A DNA stretch of 64,000 bases from the human T2T-CHM13v2.0 reference genome, Homo sapiens. Below, piece after piece: positions 1 to 20,868 of the stretch (positions are counted from its first letter, which is position 1; every line of letters begins with the position of its first letter). Below the pieces are notes generated by a model. It did not search any database and had not been told where the DNA came from. It was given only the letters and a program-made list of their open reading frames with translations. The position numbers and the translations under genes are program-made. The DNA lies in assembly GCF_009914755.1 (NCBI RefSeq), contig NC_060930.1. One strand, 5' to 3'.

Positions 1-399
1 TGTTTCTTTCTCTCTGAATATTAGGATTGATAACAGAGTTCAGTCTCCCTGTATTTAGCTTACCTTATTACTCCCTACCTCTGGATTTTAAATTAGTTTA
101 ATACCTGGTGTTTCTCCTTTGTCCTTTGTTTCATTCACCTTATATCTGTTTCTCAGAAATTTGGTATATATATATTACAGTCCAAGGTAAGAGAATTAGG
201 GAAAATTCATACTTCCCCCTTTCCTCAGGTACATATCTCAGAGTCCCATCCTTGCTTTGTCCTCTAGAGTAGCTGCTGTCCTGATGCTATTCTCTGTTCC
301 CTGCTCCCCTTCCTCTTCTTGTGTCTGTATCTCCAGCTACCATTTAGTCAGTCACAGACCTCCATGCCGGTGTAGACACACAAGGTGGCAGAGAGGGAA

Positions 400-640
400 A
401 GGCAGTATAACATACAGGTTAAGCACATGCTCTGGAGCCAGATTTCCTGGATTTAGATCTTAGCTCTTTTATTTCCAGCTATGTAACTTTGAGTAAGTTT
501 CCTAACCTCTATTTCTCTCAGTTTCCTTAACCGTAAAATGATAATAATCATACATACTCACAAGGTTGTCGTAAGAATTCAGCCAGAAAATAACTGGAAA
601 GTACTGAGACGAGCCTGCCAGTAAATGTTAGCCATCATGT
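400..640 (+). mobile_element. MIR
   Basis: MIR core-like motifs (GCTCTGGAGCCAGA...CTCAGTTTCCTTAACCGTAAAATG). Confidence 0.6.
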
Positions 641-1722
641 TCAGTAATGGCCTTGCAAAACAGATTACCCCTTCACCTTCTCACTTAATTGTCTACCTAT
701 GAATCATTAATGTTTTGTTTTGTTTTTAATTCTGTGATAGGTAGGAAAGGATGGAACTCCTTGGCAGACTAGTGTTAGAAAGTTTTCGAAGCAGTGTGAG
801 TCTTGTACCTTTGTGGTCCTGTCTCACAGACACCTGTCTATTCCCTGACCCTTTTAAATGCTAACTTTCTGCCTGTAGGAAATCTTCCCTTTGTGCTTAG
901 GTCTTTTTCTTCTGTGAGCTTTAGATAAACAACCTAGTGTTTAAACTTTTTAATAAGGGATTCATTTTTTAATACATGAGAATTCATTTCAAAATTTTGG
1001 TTTTAGTTATTTATTTTATTCTACTTGGCTCTTTTTCAGACAGATGTTCTCTCCTGGATTGTAAAAGTCGAATTCAAAGGATTTTTATTTGTAATATACT
1101 TAACCTTTCTCTTGTAAGTTGCCATCTGTGTAGATACAGCTTTGATTGCCTGACAAGAGGAAAATGTTTCCCATTATCTTTTCCTGCCTGAACTATACGG
1201 TCACTTGTGTTCCAGCATAGTGGTTCTTAACCCTCATAGTGTGTCAGAATCACTTTGCAGAGCTTTTAAAAACTCTAGATGCCTGGGGACCACCCCAAAG
1301 ACTCCATTTTGTTGTCATGGGTCAAAGCACAGTCTTCTAGTTTGCAGCTAGTGTTGAGTACAACTAGAGTTTAACCCAGTTGAATTTTAGTTTAATCTTG
1401 GCTGGTCTTGAAGATGTTAGTAATCTCTATTCATTTTTTTTGAAAAGTACCAATGAGATCAGAAAGTTAATTAGAAAACATCTAGTTGAATCCCCTGTTT
1501 TTAATAGATGGGGAAACCAAGACCCAGAGAATATAATCCAAAGCTACCTGTCACATAGGCCACAATTTCTTTTCCAATATTCTGTTCTTCGCTGTTCTTC
1601 TAATTTGCAGAACTCCTCTTTAAAAAACCTTTGGAGAATGTATTGGCCTCATACCCTCTTCCTTCAGCCTGAAAGACATGCACCTGTCACTTATTTATGA
1701 TATTTAAATGCAACCTCTAGAA

Positions 1723-1936
1723 CAGGGGTGTCCAATCTTCTGGCTTCCCTGGGCCACATTGGAAGAAGAAATGTCCTGGGCCACACATAAAATACACTAA
1801 TGATAGCCGATGAACTTAAAAAAAATTGCAAAAAAAAAATCTCGTAATGTTTTCAGAAAGTTTACAAATTTGTGATGGGCTGCATCCAAAGCCCTGGGCC
1901 ACGTGCAGCCCGCAGGCCCTGGGTTGGAAAAGCTTG
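1723..1936 (+). mobile_element. MER30 (hAT-Charlie MITE)
   Basis: CAGGGGTGTCCAATC...GGTTGGAAAAGCTTG with perfect 8-bp TSD CTCTAGAA (1715-1722 and 1937-1944). Confidence 0.88.
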
Positions 1937-2202
1937 CTCTAGAAGGTACTCATTGTTTGAGTGTCCAGTTTTCTCCCTGTTTTCCTTATTTATTGATCAT
2001 TTTGCATTTGGAATTGGTGGTTTGGGCTTGTAAGTAAGAACTGTGTACTAGAACTTTTGTGGTATTGCAAATGTTTTATATCTGTGCTATCCAATGTGGT
2101 GGTTATAGGCACCAGCTGCCTGTGGCTAATTATTAAGCAACTGAAATGCAGCTAGTGGTGAGCAGTAACGTTGTGGAGAAGAAAAAAAAGAAATGTAGCT
2201 AG

Positions 2203-2677
<475 letters not shown>

Positions 2678-4724
2678 TGAAACAGTAACTTCCCATTCTC
2701 CCCTCTGGTAACCTCTGTTCTTTCTGTCTCTGTGGATTTGCTTATTCTAGAAATTTCATAGAAGTAGAATCATATTATACTGTATTTGTCCTTTTGTTTC
2801 TGGATTATTTCACTTAGTATAATGTTTTCATGGTTCTTCCATGATGTAGCATGTATCAGAATACTATTCCATTGTAAGTATTTAATATATCCCACATTTT
2901 GTTGACCTGTTCATCTGTTAGTAGACAGTTGAGTTGTTTTTACCTTTGGCTATTGTGAATAATGCTGCAGTGAACATTGTCATACAAGCATCTGTTTGAG
3001 TCCCTGCTTTTGATTCTTTTGGTTATGTACCTAGGAGTGGAATTGTTGCATCATATGGTAACTCTATGTTTAACTTTCTGAAGAGCCACCAAACTCTTTT
3101 CCATAGTGTCTGCACCATTTTACATGCCCACCAGCAATGCATGAGGATTCCTGTATCTCCAAACTTGTTCTTTTTTTTTTTTTAATAGTCACCCAAGTAG
3201 TTACAAAGTGGTATCTCACTGTGGTTTTGATTTGCATTTCTCTCATGACTAATGATTTTGAGCATCTTTTCATCTGCTTATTGGCCATTTGTATGTCTTC
3301 TTTGGAGAAATGTCTATTCAAGTCTTGCCTATTCTTAATTAGGTTGTTTGTGTTTTTGTTGTTCAGTGGTGGTTCTTTATATATCTTAGACCCTTATCAG
3401 ATACATGATTTGCAAGTATTTTCACCTATTTTGTGGGTTGTCTTTTCACTTTCTTGATAATGTCCTTTGATACATAAAACATTTTTAATTTTGATTAAGT
3501 TCCAATTTATTTTTTTTCTGTCCTTGCTCATGCTTTTTTGATGTCATATTTTAGACTGTATTGCCAAATTCAAGGTCATGAATAATTTACCCCTATGTTT
3601 TCTACTAAGAGTTTTGTAACTACTAGGAATATAATAGGGTTTAGCTCTTATACTTAGGTCTTTGATCCATTTTGAATTAATTTTTATAGATGATGTGAGG
3701 TAGGGGCCCAACTTCATTCTTTTGCATCTGGAAGTCCAGTTATTCTAGCACCATAAAGAGACTATTACTTCCCCCATCGAATCAACATGATACCCTAGGA
3801 TTTCTCCTTTGTTTTTTGTTTCTTTCACCTTTTACCTGTTTCTTAGAAATTTGGTATATATAATTAGCAATACACGTGTGGGTTTAATTCTGGACTCTCA
3901 GTTCTATTCTATTGGTTTATATATCTATCCTTATGGCAATACCACACTGTTTTGATCACTGTAGCTTTATAGTAAGCTTTGAAATCAGGAAGTGTGAGTC
4001 TTCCAGCTTTGTTCTTCTTTTTCAAGATTGCTTTGACTATTCTGGGTCCCTTGTAATTTCATATGAATTTAACAATTGGCATTTCTATTTCTGCAAAAAA
4101 AAGGCTTTAGAATTTTGATAGGGATTGTGTCAGATTTTTAGATCACTTTAAGTGATATTGACATCTTAACCACTATTAAGTCATCCTGTTCATGAACAAA
4201 GGATCTCTTTCCATTTATTTAAGTCTTTATTTTTTTTTCAGCAGTGTTTTATAGTTTTCAGTTGTAAAGTATTTTACCTTGGTTAAATTTTTTCCTATGT
4301 ATTTTATTATTTTTGCTGCGATTATAGATGGAAATTCTTTGGTGTGTTCATTGTTGATATATAGAAACCAAATTAATTTTTGATTGTTGATCTTACACCC
4401 TGCAAATTTGCTCAATTTATTTATTAGCTCTAGCAGCTTTCTTCTAGATTCTTTGTGATTTTCTATGTATAGGGTTATGTCATCTGCAAACAGAGATAGT
4501 TTTATTTCTTCCTTTCCAATTTAGATGCTTTTAATTCTTTCTCTTGTCTAATGTAATGGCTCTGTCTAGAACTTCTGCTACAATGCTGAATAGCAACAGT
4601 GAAAGTAGGCATCCTTGTCTTGTTCCTGTCTTAGGGGGAAAGCTTTCAGTCTCTTCCCATTGAGTATGATGTTAGCTGTTGGTTTTTCATAAATGCCCTT
4701 TATCATGTTGGGGAAGTTCTCTTC

Positions 4725-5119
4725 TTTGGTAGTCCATTTCACATTGCTATGAAGGAATACCTGAAACTAGGTAATTTATCAAGAAAAGAGGTTTATTTGG
4801 CTCACAGTTGCATAGCTGTAAAAGAAGCATTGTGCCAGCATCTGTTTCTGGTCAGGACCTCAGGAAGCTTTCACTTATGGTGGTAGGGGGAACAGGCATG
4901 TCACATGTCAAAGGAGGGAGCAAGAGAGATGCCAGACTCTTTTAAACAACCAGCATTTGCATGAACTGATAGAGCGAGAACTCACTCATTAATGTGGGGA
5001 GGGAACCAAGCCATTCATGAGGGATCCAAGACCCTAACACCTTCAATCAGGCCCCACCTCCAACATTGGGGATCACATTTCAACATACTTGGAGGGGACA
5101 AAACATCCAAACCCTATCA
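4725..5119 (-). mobile_element. MaLR solo LTR (MST-like) nested in the L1M
   Basis: Reverse complement begins TGATAGGGTTTGGATG and contains THE1/MST-type motifs (AAACCTCTTTTCTTGATAAATTACCTAGT). Confidence 0.8.
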
Positions 5120-5366
5120 CCTTCTGTTCACAGTTTTCTGAGTATTTTAATCTGAATTTTAAATGCCATTAAAATTTTATTTAGATTACATTGAAACTTA
5201 ATTACACATGGCTAGTGGTATTGGTTTATGCATTTTTAGATCCCTTCAAGTTATCTTCCTGTTCTACCTTTTTCTTGGGTTTTGTAATTAGTCTCCTTCT
5301 TGAAAGATTATTTTGGTACTGGTTGTTAGTAATTCCTGGATTTCCTTTAAAGATATAAGAAATACT

Positions 5367-11878
<6,512 letters not shown>

Positions 11879-12649
11879 ATATAAGAAATACTCATTTTTG
11901 TCTTAAAGCCAATAATGTGTTATCAGATTAGAAATTATTCTTGTTTGTGACTTTGCAGAACCCTTCCATCTGGCCTAATGATAGCATTATTATTTTTTAA
12001 AGAATGAAGCCCTTTCTTAAAAGCCTAGTTGACTAGGGATATCAAGTGGACACAGCTGACAGAACTTTGTACTAGAAAGGAGGGAGGATACAGAATGTCT
12101 CTTCAGGTACAGTACTAACTTATTTCAAATACCATAGATCTTGAAATGAATAAGCCACTTTGAAAATTCTGTTACCAACGCTTAACACTCTGCAGCTTAA
12201 GGAAGAGAGAAAGTTTTATAGCCCTGTTATGCATCAAATACCGTTTTTCTACCAGAGATCACAGCCTTGGCTTGCTGTTGTTTTCCTTTTCTCCATAATC
12301 AAGTGAATTTCCTTATGTGTAAAACCTTCTTTAATTTTAACAGAAATGGTGCTCTTAAGACATAATGGGTTAATGGAGCTGAGTTAAAATCCACTTGCCA
12401 TCAGTTACTGCCCTGGTCTATGGGAGTTTTCCTAGTGTATTAAATTTGCTTCTTATATATTTTTTTTTATTTCTTCTTTTGCAAACATGTTTTGAAATAT
12501 TTCAGACATACTGCTAGACAAAGAATAATAAACACCTCTGTTCATACTGTCCTGCTTGTGAGTTAAAACACTGGCAATAGAGCTAAAGCTTCTGGAGACC
12601 CTTCTCTCACATCTGCCCATCACTTTCAGTCATTGGTTTCAAATACTCT

Positions 12650-13062
12650 TTCTTTTTTTTTTTGAGATGGAGTCTCACTCTGTTGCCTAGGCTGGAATGC
12701 AGTGGCGCAATCTCGGCTCACTGCAACCTCCACCTCCTGAGGCTGGTCTAGAACTCCAGACCTCAAGTGATCTGCCCGCCTTGGCCTACCAAAATGTTGG
12801 GATTACAGGTGTGGCCACTGCACCCTGCCAAATATTCTCCCTCTCTCTCTTTTTTTTTTTTTTTGGAGACAGAGTCTCGCTCTGTCGCCCAGGCTGGAGT
12901 GCAATGGCGCAATCTCTGCTCACTGCAACCTCCACCTCCCGTGTTCAAGCGATTCTCCCTGCCTCAGCCTCCCGAGTAGCTGGGATTACAGGTGCACGTC
13001 ATCACGCCCGGCTAATTTTTGTATTTTTAGTAGAGACAGGATTTTGCCATGTTGGCCAGCCT
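12650..13062 (-). mobile_element. Two partial antisense Alus (first internally deleted)
   Basis: Alu arms at ~12650-12829 and ~12851-13062. Confidence 0.85.
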
Positions 13063-14161
13063 GGATGTTCTCTCATTTTTAAAAAGCAGTTTCACTTTAG
13101 ACACCAAAAGCAAGTGTCCAATAAATGCTGAAGAAGAAAAATATTTTATTAGGTTATTTGCCCTTTCCTCTCTAACTTGAAAATACATTTTCTCAGGAAA
13201 AGGTAGAATCCTCAGATTTGTCCATAAACCAAGGGTCCCTTAAGAAATTTTCTTTGTGTTACAGTGAAAATGACTATTTTGACAACTTGGAAGATAAGGA
13301 GCTAGGCTAAGTCTTATTCTAGTCTATCCTGTCTGTCACCAGGAAGATTTCCTACCTTCCCAAAGGTTAGTGCTCCACTTCACCCCTATGTGGATTTATG
13401 TCTTTGAAAATTACTGCTCATGGCAGGTAGGTCCTGCAATTGGTCCTTTTATTTATCTTCAACTTTCTGGCCTGTGGAGGTTTTTTAGGAGTGCCTGGAG
13501 CACTTAGAACTGACTAGAATATCCCTCTTTTACTTTCCCTAGAAATATCCTGTTATGCTTAGTTTTTTTGTTTTTTTTTTTCTTTACCTGTTCATTCTGA
13601 CTGACTTGCTTCTGTTAAAGATGACTTCGTCTAAAGAGTAATCTTAGGCTTAAGTTGTTCTTTTCTTCATTTGTTTTAGAAAGATTCAGGAGATTTATGA
13701 TTTAAATTTTGACGTTGTGATCATTACAATTAAAACACATTTTAAACTAATAGTAAAAATATTTTCTACCTAAGAGAAACAGGGCTAAACCTATTACAAA
13801 GGATGGCTCACTGTGGAAATAACTGATTGTCATGATGTGGTGAGTTTTGCTTTACTCCGCTAATGTGGCTACGTGACGCTCCTTCTGGTCTTAACTGCCT
13901 GGACAAATCATAGTGGCCTTATAGTAGCTGGTACTGTTGGAAGACTGGCCTGTATTTCAGTGGATTTGCCAGCTTTTGAAGAACCCATGGTGATTTCTTC
14001 TGAGGTTTGCATGTTTTAACTTCCTTCATGCAAATGCTTTTAGTTACTAAGATTTTTATTTTATGTTGTGTGTTTTTCCATGGAGTATGGTCATTCTGTG
14101 TTTTGAGGGCAAGGCAGTGGGGTAAAGCTGAGTTGAAAAGCATAATATGGCTCATCTTTTC

Positions 14162-15134
14162 TTTTCTTTTTTTTTTTTTTTTCATTTTTTGCTGCTTTTA
14201 TTTTACGAAAAAGCTAATTCAAATCTACATTAAACTAAGTTGAATACAAAGCCTTTGTGAAGAAGGCCTGGTAGTCTCATTTACAAAAATGGCCAGTGTC
14301 GTCTTTGGCCTTAAAATTTCAGGACGGGCACTTCAGATGGCTTCACATTTGCATGTTTCAGTGCTAGAGCATGGGAATAGACTTTGGCATCCACTGTAAG
14401 ATGTTTTTCAGCTACGAGAGCATCGAGTCCCTGCAGCAGGTCATTCTTGGGTAACGAAATGACTTCCACAAATTCTCCATCCCCTGGCTTTGGCTTGGGC
14501 CTTACATTTTCTGCGTCATCTCCGTTAATGATTACTGTCACGATGTGTGTGGTACAGTTTGACAAACCTGGGTCCATATAGACCACTGGAGAACATTCAG
14601 CAGCGTCCCCTTTGTAGCCAGTTTCTTCCTCAAGCTCCCAAAGAGCAGCTGCTCCTGGGGTTTCACCATCTTCTATGAGTTCCCTGCAGGGAACTCTATG
14701 CAGTAGCCACCCATTGGTGGTCAGGACTGTTTCACCAGAACGATACACTCGTAGTGAAGCGTTCTCTGCAGCACAGGGATGACCGCTACATCATCACCAG
14801 TCTGTTCTTTCCTGGTTGTATGTTTCACTGAGTCCCAAGTTCCAGTTTTACCAATAGGAGCCATGTATGTTGTTTTTTCAAGTTTGACCCATTTTCCTTC
14901 TGAAATTAACTCCTCTGAAATAATATAGTGTTTCCATTCTGAGACAATTCAGTTGGTTCTTGGCTCTCCCTTTTCAAACTAGTCTTTACAGCCCTCAGGA
15001 GAGAAGTTCACCTCCAAAGTGTAGGGGTGACAAAGGGAAGAGGACAAAAGAACTACTGGAGGCAGCAGTGTCAGCATACGCCGGTGTCACGACTCAAGAC
15101 ATCGGCACCTCCCGAGGTGATGAAAGGATGTGCC
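14162..15134 (-). pseudogene. Processed pseudogene of NUDT5 (ADP-sugar pyrophosphatase), antisense in MAPK14 intron 8
   Basis: Intronless NUDT5-like peptide (...[21 protein letters not shown]...MDPGLSNCT...EVPVLKF*, stop 14311-14313); start codon mutated to AGG (14969-14971), 1-bp frameshift near 14933, in-frame TGA 14721-14723, 2-bp insertion near 14680, Nudix-box R->W; poly(A) tail (T run ~14162-14190); 15-bp TSD ATGGCTCATCTTTTC at 14147-14161 and 15135-15149. Confidence 0.94.
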
Positions 15135-15760
15135 ATGGCTCATCTTTTCAAGTCAACTAGTATTTATCAAGCTGCTCTGTGGAAGGTGCTGGGGACAGGA
15201 TGGTACCTGTCCTTAAAACCAGAATGATCAGACTCAGTGGAAAGAGAGTTACAAGAGTTACTTGAACAACTGTCTCTGATTATAAAATAAGATGGAGTGA
15301 TAAATACACTAGAATAGAGTTATAGATAAGCTATTGAAAAAAATCCAAGAAGACTTCATGGCAGAGTTCTTGTTTGAATAGGACTTCAAAGTGTAAATAG
15401 GAATAGAAAAGGCTTGGAAGGACGGGAGAAGGGGGAGGTATTCTGGTTTATGAGTACATAAATAAGTACTTGGAAGCTTAGAAGTGCCTGGAATATCTGA
15501 TGTGAGTTGAAGCATTGAGTGCATTAAAGAATAATAATTTGAGCCAGAGTCAAACTAGGCTTGATTCTTCAGGCCTGATATTGTTTCATGCCAGCAGAGG
15601 TGGGAGAGAGAGGGTTTCTCAGCTCATTGATGTAATGAGCCACTGTGACTAATGGAAATTGCGTATTCTTCAGGTAGGTTGGGGTGAAGTTCAGGTAGTT
15701 GAGAAATTCACAGCTCAGAGAGCCTGTCTTCCTTAGAGAGAGTATAAAAATTGACTCTCA

Positions 15761-16216
<456 letters not shown>

Positions 16217-16611
16217 TTACTTTATCTTGTGGTGGCTACCCAGTTAAATATATTCCTGAAGAGTGTTAATGTGAGGAAACTAAATTTTTTGAATTGAGTC
16301 ATTTTAGATGAGCAAGAATTTTTTTTACTGATTTCTATTGTAATATAATTAATCTGATTATTTTAGAGCAAGACAGTATCCATCCCACCCCCATTCCTAC
16401 TCTGTCCCATGAACATATGCTATAAGATTTTTTACTTGTCAACATCTTGAACTGAGAAGCCAGTATTAAAATCTTAACCTTTATAACACAATGATTTTTG
16501 CCATTTGCAGATGACAAAATTCCCTGTTATTCTTAATTTAGAAATAATGTGAGTGGACTTGTTTCTAGTTTGTTTTTGCTTGCTAAAGAACACAAGTTGT
16601 TTGGGTTTAGG

Positions 16612-16800
16612 GTGGGGTTTGGCGCACCTTTTCTGAAAGGGCCAGGTAGTTAATATTTTAGGCTTGGGAACCATATGGTAACTGTGCTTGTTGTAATTGG
16701 AAACACCTATAGACTGTACATAAATGAATGGGCATGGCTGTGTTCTAATAAAACTTTATATATAAAACAGGCAGAGCCTGGGGTTTGGTGACTCCAGCCT
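16612..16800 (+). mobile_element. MER58A-like hAT MITE
   Basis: AAAGGGCCAGGTAGTTAATATTTTAGGC...GGCATGGCTGTGTTCTAATAAAACTTTAT. Confidence 0.7.
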
Positions 16801-16999
16801 AGAATTTTCTTCCATTTAAGCTGATTTCATGTCTGAAAGAAAGTAAAAGACAGGATGTCAAATTACTGCATTAAGTTATTCCTATAACGTAGGCACCTGT
16901 GGCTTATAGAGACTGTTGTTTTTAAGTGCTGCTATGTTGCCTTTATATGTATAACCATAAGCAAAAATTTCTTTCATCCTGCTCTACCTTTTCCTCAAA

Positions 17000-17285
17000 T
17001 ATTTTGACTACCTGTCATGTACCAGATGTTAGGCTGGGGATAAATGGTGAAGAGGCAGAGTGGCCCCTGTCCTCGTAGAGCTGTAGACCAGTACAGGGGG
17101 CAGACAGTAAGCAAATAAAGTAATTCTAGGCTGTGATAAGCACTATGATGTTATCAAGCATGGTGCTGAGAGAGAATTGGGGGGTGGGGTGTTATGTATA
17201 TAGAGTGTTGAGGGGAGGCCTCCCTTAGGAGGTGAAGTTGAAGCTGAGACCTGAAGCCAAGAGGATTTAGTCATGTGAAAAACCT
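17000..17285 (+). mobile_element. L2 fragment
   Basis: Degenerate L2 3'-region motifs (GGCCCCTGTCCTCGTAGAGCT...TTGAAGCTGAGACCTGAAG); strand not firmly assigned. Confidence 0.5.
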
Positions 17286-17670
17286 GATGGGTCAGAAGAC
17301 AGTCATCCTCCCCTTCTCCCTCCCTGGAATGTCAGTCAGTATAAACGTGGATAAACTGTTCACATTTTCAGAGGAAATATTAAAAGCTATTTTATAATAT
17401 TTTTCCCCCTCTTTTTAACTTCCTTTTTAGGTAAGATTAAAAGCAATGAGAACAAACAAATTTTTGTCTTCTGGTTAACACATGCACATACATTCTGAGT
17501 ATACATTGAAGTGTTAGCTACCAGGATAAAAGTTATGGCATTGTGGCCTATTATTTAGAGCCTTTGGGATGTGTGAAGTTTGTTAAGCATTGTTCATTTG
17601 CATTTTATAAGGTTGAAACCGCCTGTATTTGCGTTCTCATGGCGCTCCTAAAGGAACATGCGGTGGGAGA

Positions 17671-17684
17671 GCGCCCTCTGCTGG
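17671..17684 (-). promoter_or_regulatory. CTCF consensus motif
   Basis: Reverse complement CCAGCAGAGGGCGC fits CCASYAGRKGGCRS; sits in a small CpG-retaining patch. Confidence 0.7.
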
Positions 17685-18165
17685 CGACTCTCCCTCATAG
17701 TGCCTGCTATAGCCAGTGTGAGAGGCGAGGCTTCCCTTTCCAGAGGGTGTGCTCCAGTGGTCAGGCTTTGGGGTCTCACAGGCCTTCCACTGTCATATCA
17801 CAAGCTCTTTAGGTCACGCTTGGGAGAATATTCATAAATAGACTTGTACATCCCTAGCTCCTGTCTTCTGCTGCTTTTTTCCTTATCTGTGGCCCTCTAA
17901 TTATCAGTGCACTTTGCTGAACTGGTTACTGACACTGTGATGGCAGATGAAGAGGGCAGTGTAAACTGAGTGAAGCTCTTGTGTTTTCACCTGCTGTCTT
18001 TGGCAGCTAAGAACCAGCTAAAGTTGCCTCACTTTACTGATACATGCTGTTGACAGATGCATAAAATGAATATAAAGTGGATATGTGTTTGGTAGCATTT
18101 TGAATCTTTGTACAGGAGGAGCATGCCCTACGTGAAGTGATCATCCTGCAGGAGCCTTGACCTAG

Positions 18166-18393
<228 letters not shown>

Positions 18394-20715
18394 TGATGCT
18401 TTGTAATTATCTGCCCTGTTGGGAGCCTCTGCCACTTGCCTTCTACCAATCTGTACTTTGACCTGGGTGTGTTTGTAAGCACACATGCCCTTTGTGTGCT
18501 GACTTCCCGGATGAGTGAGGTATAAGACAGTGTGAGTGTGTGTGTGCGTGCACGCATGTGTGCCTGCTTGCATGCACAAATGTGTTTTATTCTCTATCTG
18601 GGTACACACTAAGATCACGGGAGCCTCCATTAGACAATAGTATCCCAGTAAAGCAATGAGATTTGAGATTCTAATTCATTCCAAGAGATTAATGTAAACT
18701 TTGTGTCTCTGTCCTCAAGACCTGACTTTCTTCTTTCTCAGAAGTTTCACGTATGCTCTAGAGCTCTTTTCACTGTTTCTAGTGTTTGTTCTCAGAGCAT
18801 GAGCTTCACCATGTATTTAGTTTAACTTAATCACTAAAAGAATAAAATGTACATTGTCTGCACACTGTTGCCCCTTCCCAGAAGTTATTTTTTATTGTTT
18901 TAGAATAGATACTCACATATCCTATGTAAAATGTTTGTTCCCAACAGAGGGACCTTTCTACCCAGTCCCTAGACCCCACTCAGAAGAAACAGCTTCACTC
19001 CTGATACCTCAGATACACAGGAATGTGGTTATAAATTTTCCTCCTATTGCCTTGTAATTATAAGTTAGATAACCTGAGACAGAGTTTGGAACTAGTGCTT
19101 TCTTGCTTCTAAGCAGGGACTTAGACAGAAGCCATGGGAATGTGAGTCTGGCTTACTTTTGCTATGATTTCCTGCTCTTGGTCATTTTCTTGGGCCAGAG
19201 GCATGAGAGAAGCCATGAAAGCCCAGCTTTTCTTTTTCCCTCGATCTGCTGCCAGGCAGTTGAACAAAAGAAAAAAAGAGCTATGGAGCCAAGCTCCAGT
19301 TATGCCTTCCTGGATTCTCCTCCCAACATTTATGACTGAAGGGGCCCTTTGCCTAGTTGGGAAGATGGCTGGGTAGCTTGAGGCAAGCATAAGCAGGTGA
19401 GTTGGAACCGTTCATCATCTTCCTGACAAAATAAAGAATACCGTCATCTGGTATGTATCCGGTACATTTCTTGAAAGGATCCCAAAGCCCAGTGTATTTC
19501 TGAACCTCCACTCTGAATTTGTTTCATTTACTTATTTAAGATAAAGAAGCAAAAGCCCAGAAGGGCAGTGACTTTTCCATGTCATGCACTGAATCACGTG
19601 GCAGAGCTGAGTATAGATCCCAGATGTTCTGATAACATGATCCAAACTATAATCCCATGTGATTACACACTATTTTGAAAGTCATTGTCAGTGTTACCAC
19701 AATGTCAACCTAAAGAGGTATTTTTTTCCCCTTTATGATATGTAGAAGCTGAATTAGAGTGAATCAAAGATATCAGATGATGCTTAGAAAGAGCAGTACT
19801 TTTTTTTTAATGTTTTTGCTTAGAAACACTGTCTTACAGTAAGAGGACCTAAGGGCAGAGGGAGGAGCTCAATTAATAAATAGTGCTAATGAGACCAAGC
19901 AAATTCATTTCCTTCCTGAGAGTGTCTCCTAGCAGCCCTTTCTTAGTCTTCTCTTCCATCCCAACCATCTGCCCTATAGATACGTGCTATTAGTCATTTG
20001 GAATTGGATTAGGAATTCAAACCAAAGTCTAGGTAAAATAGTCAATAGTATTTATCTGTCATTAATCCATCACTTATTTTTAAGAAAGAAACAATGAGTG
20101 CACAGCCTAATAATGGAGGTCTCTCTGTGAAATGAGGCACATTATACATTTCAACAGCTCTACTGAAATTGAGTACCAGAATACAGAACTTAACTCAAAT
20201 AATATTATATTGAGTATAAGAATAAGAAAGGTTTTTTTTTTTTGGTTTGTTTCCTACATAATTGGGGTGAGTGGATAAAAGTAGTTTAAACATCCTAAGG
20301 GGTAGACAAGATTAATTTGATGTTCGTGACACGGCCCAAGTACCTGTTTATCTTAAAAGCGCATGATGTATGGGAACAGAATGGAAAAATAAGGCCAGGT
20401 GAGTAAAATTGTTCAGAGATTTTAAAAATTAAAAAAAGAAAAAAGACATTAGTGAAGGAGTGCAGTAAATAGCCAACAGCTGTTTTCATTCTCCTGAAAA
20501 GTAGTGAAGTAGTGATGGCAATAATTATGAAGAAATTGAATGCCGAGTAAGAGAATGCAGTAATGGATTTAGAACCTATTAGAATGAGCCATAGGAAAAG
20601 GTATAAATGGGTTGTGATGGAGGCCAAGGACAGAGAATTCATTTGGTTAATGTCCCAGTATCTATAATAATCAGTGAAAGAACAAGAAAATCATATTAAG
20701 AAAGCAAAAGCAGAC

Positions 20716-20868
20716 TGGGCACAGTGGCTCACATTTGTCATCACAGCACTTTGGGAGGCTGAGGCAGGAGGATCACTCGAGGCCAGGAGTTTGAGGCTGC
20801 AGGGAGTGGTGATCATGCACTGCACTCCAGCCTGGGCAACAGAGCAAGACCTTGTCTTTAAAAATAAA
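20716..20868 (+). mobile_element. Alu monomer / deleted AluJ (FLAM-like)
   Basis: Fused left and right arm fragments with short A tail. Confidence 0.8.

Noticed and set aside
14311-14748. 145-aa ORF as a functional retrogene
   Set aside because: Non-ATG start, N-terminus out of the NUDT5 frame, Nudix box damaged
19421-19500. Minus-strand coding reading of the duplicated element (IPDDGILYFVR identical in both copies)
   Set aside because: Only 5 of 13 substitutions are at third positions and copy 2 has a frameshift; no splice context
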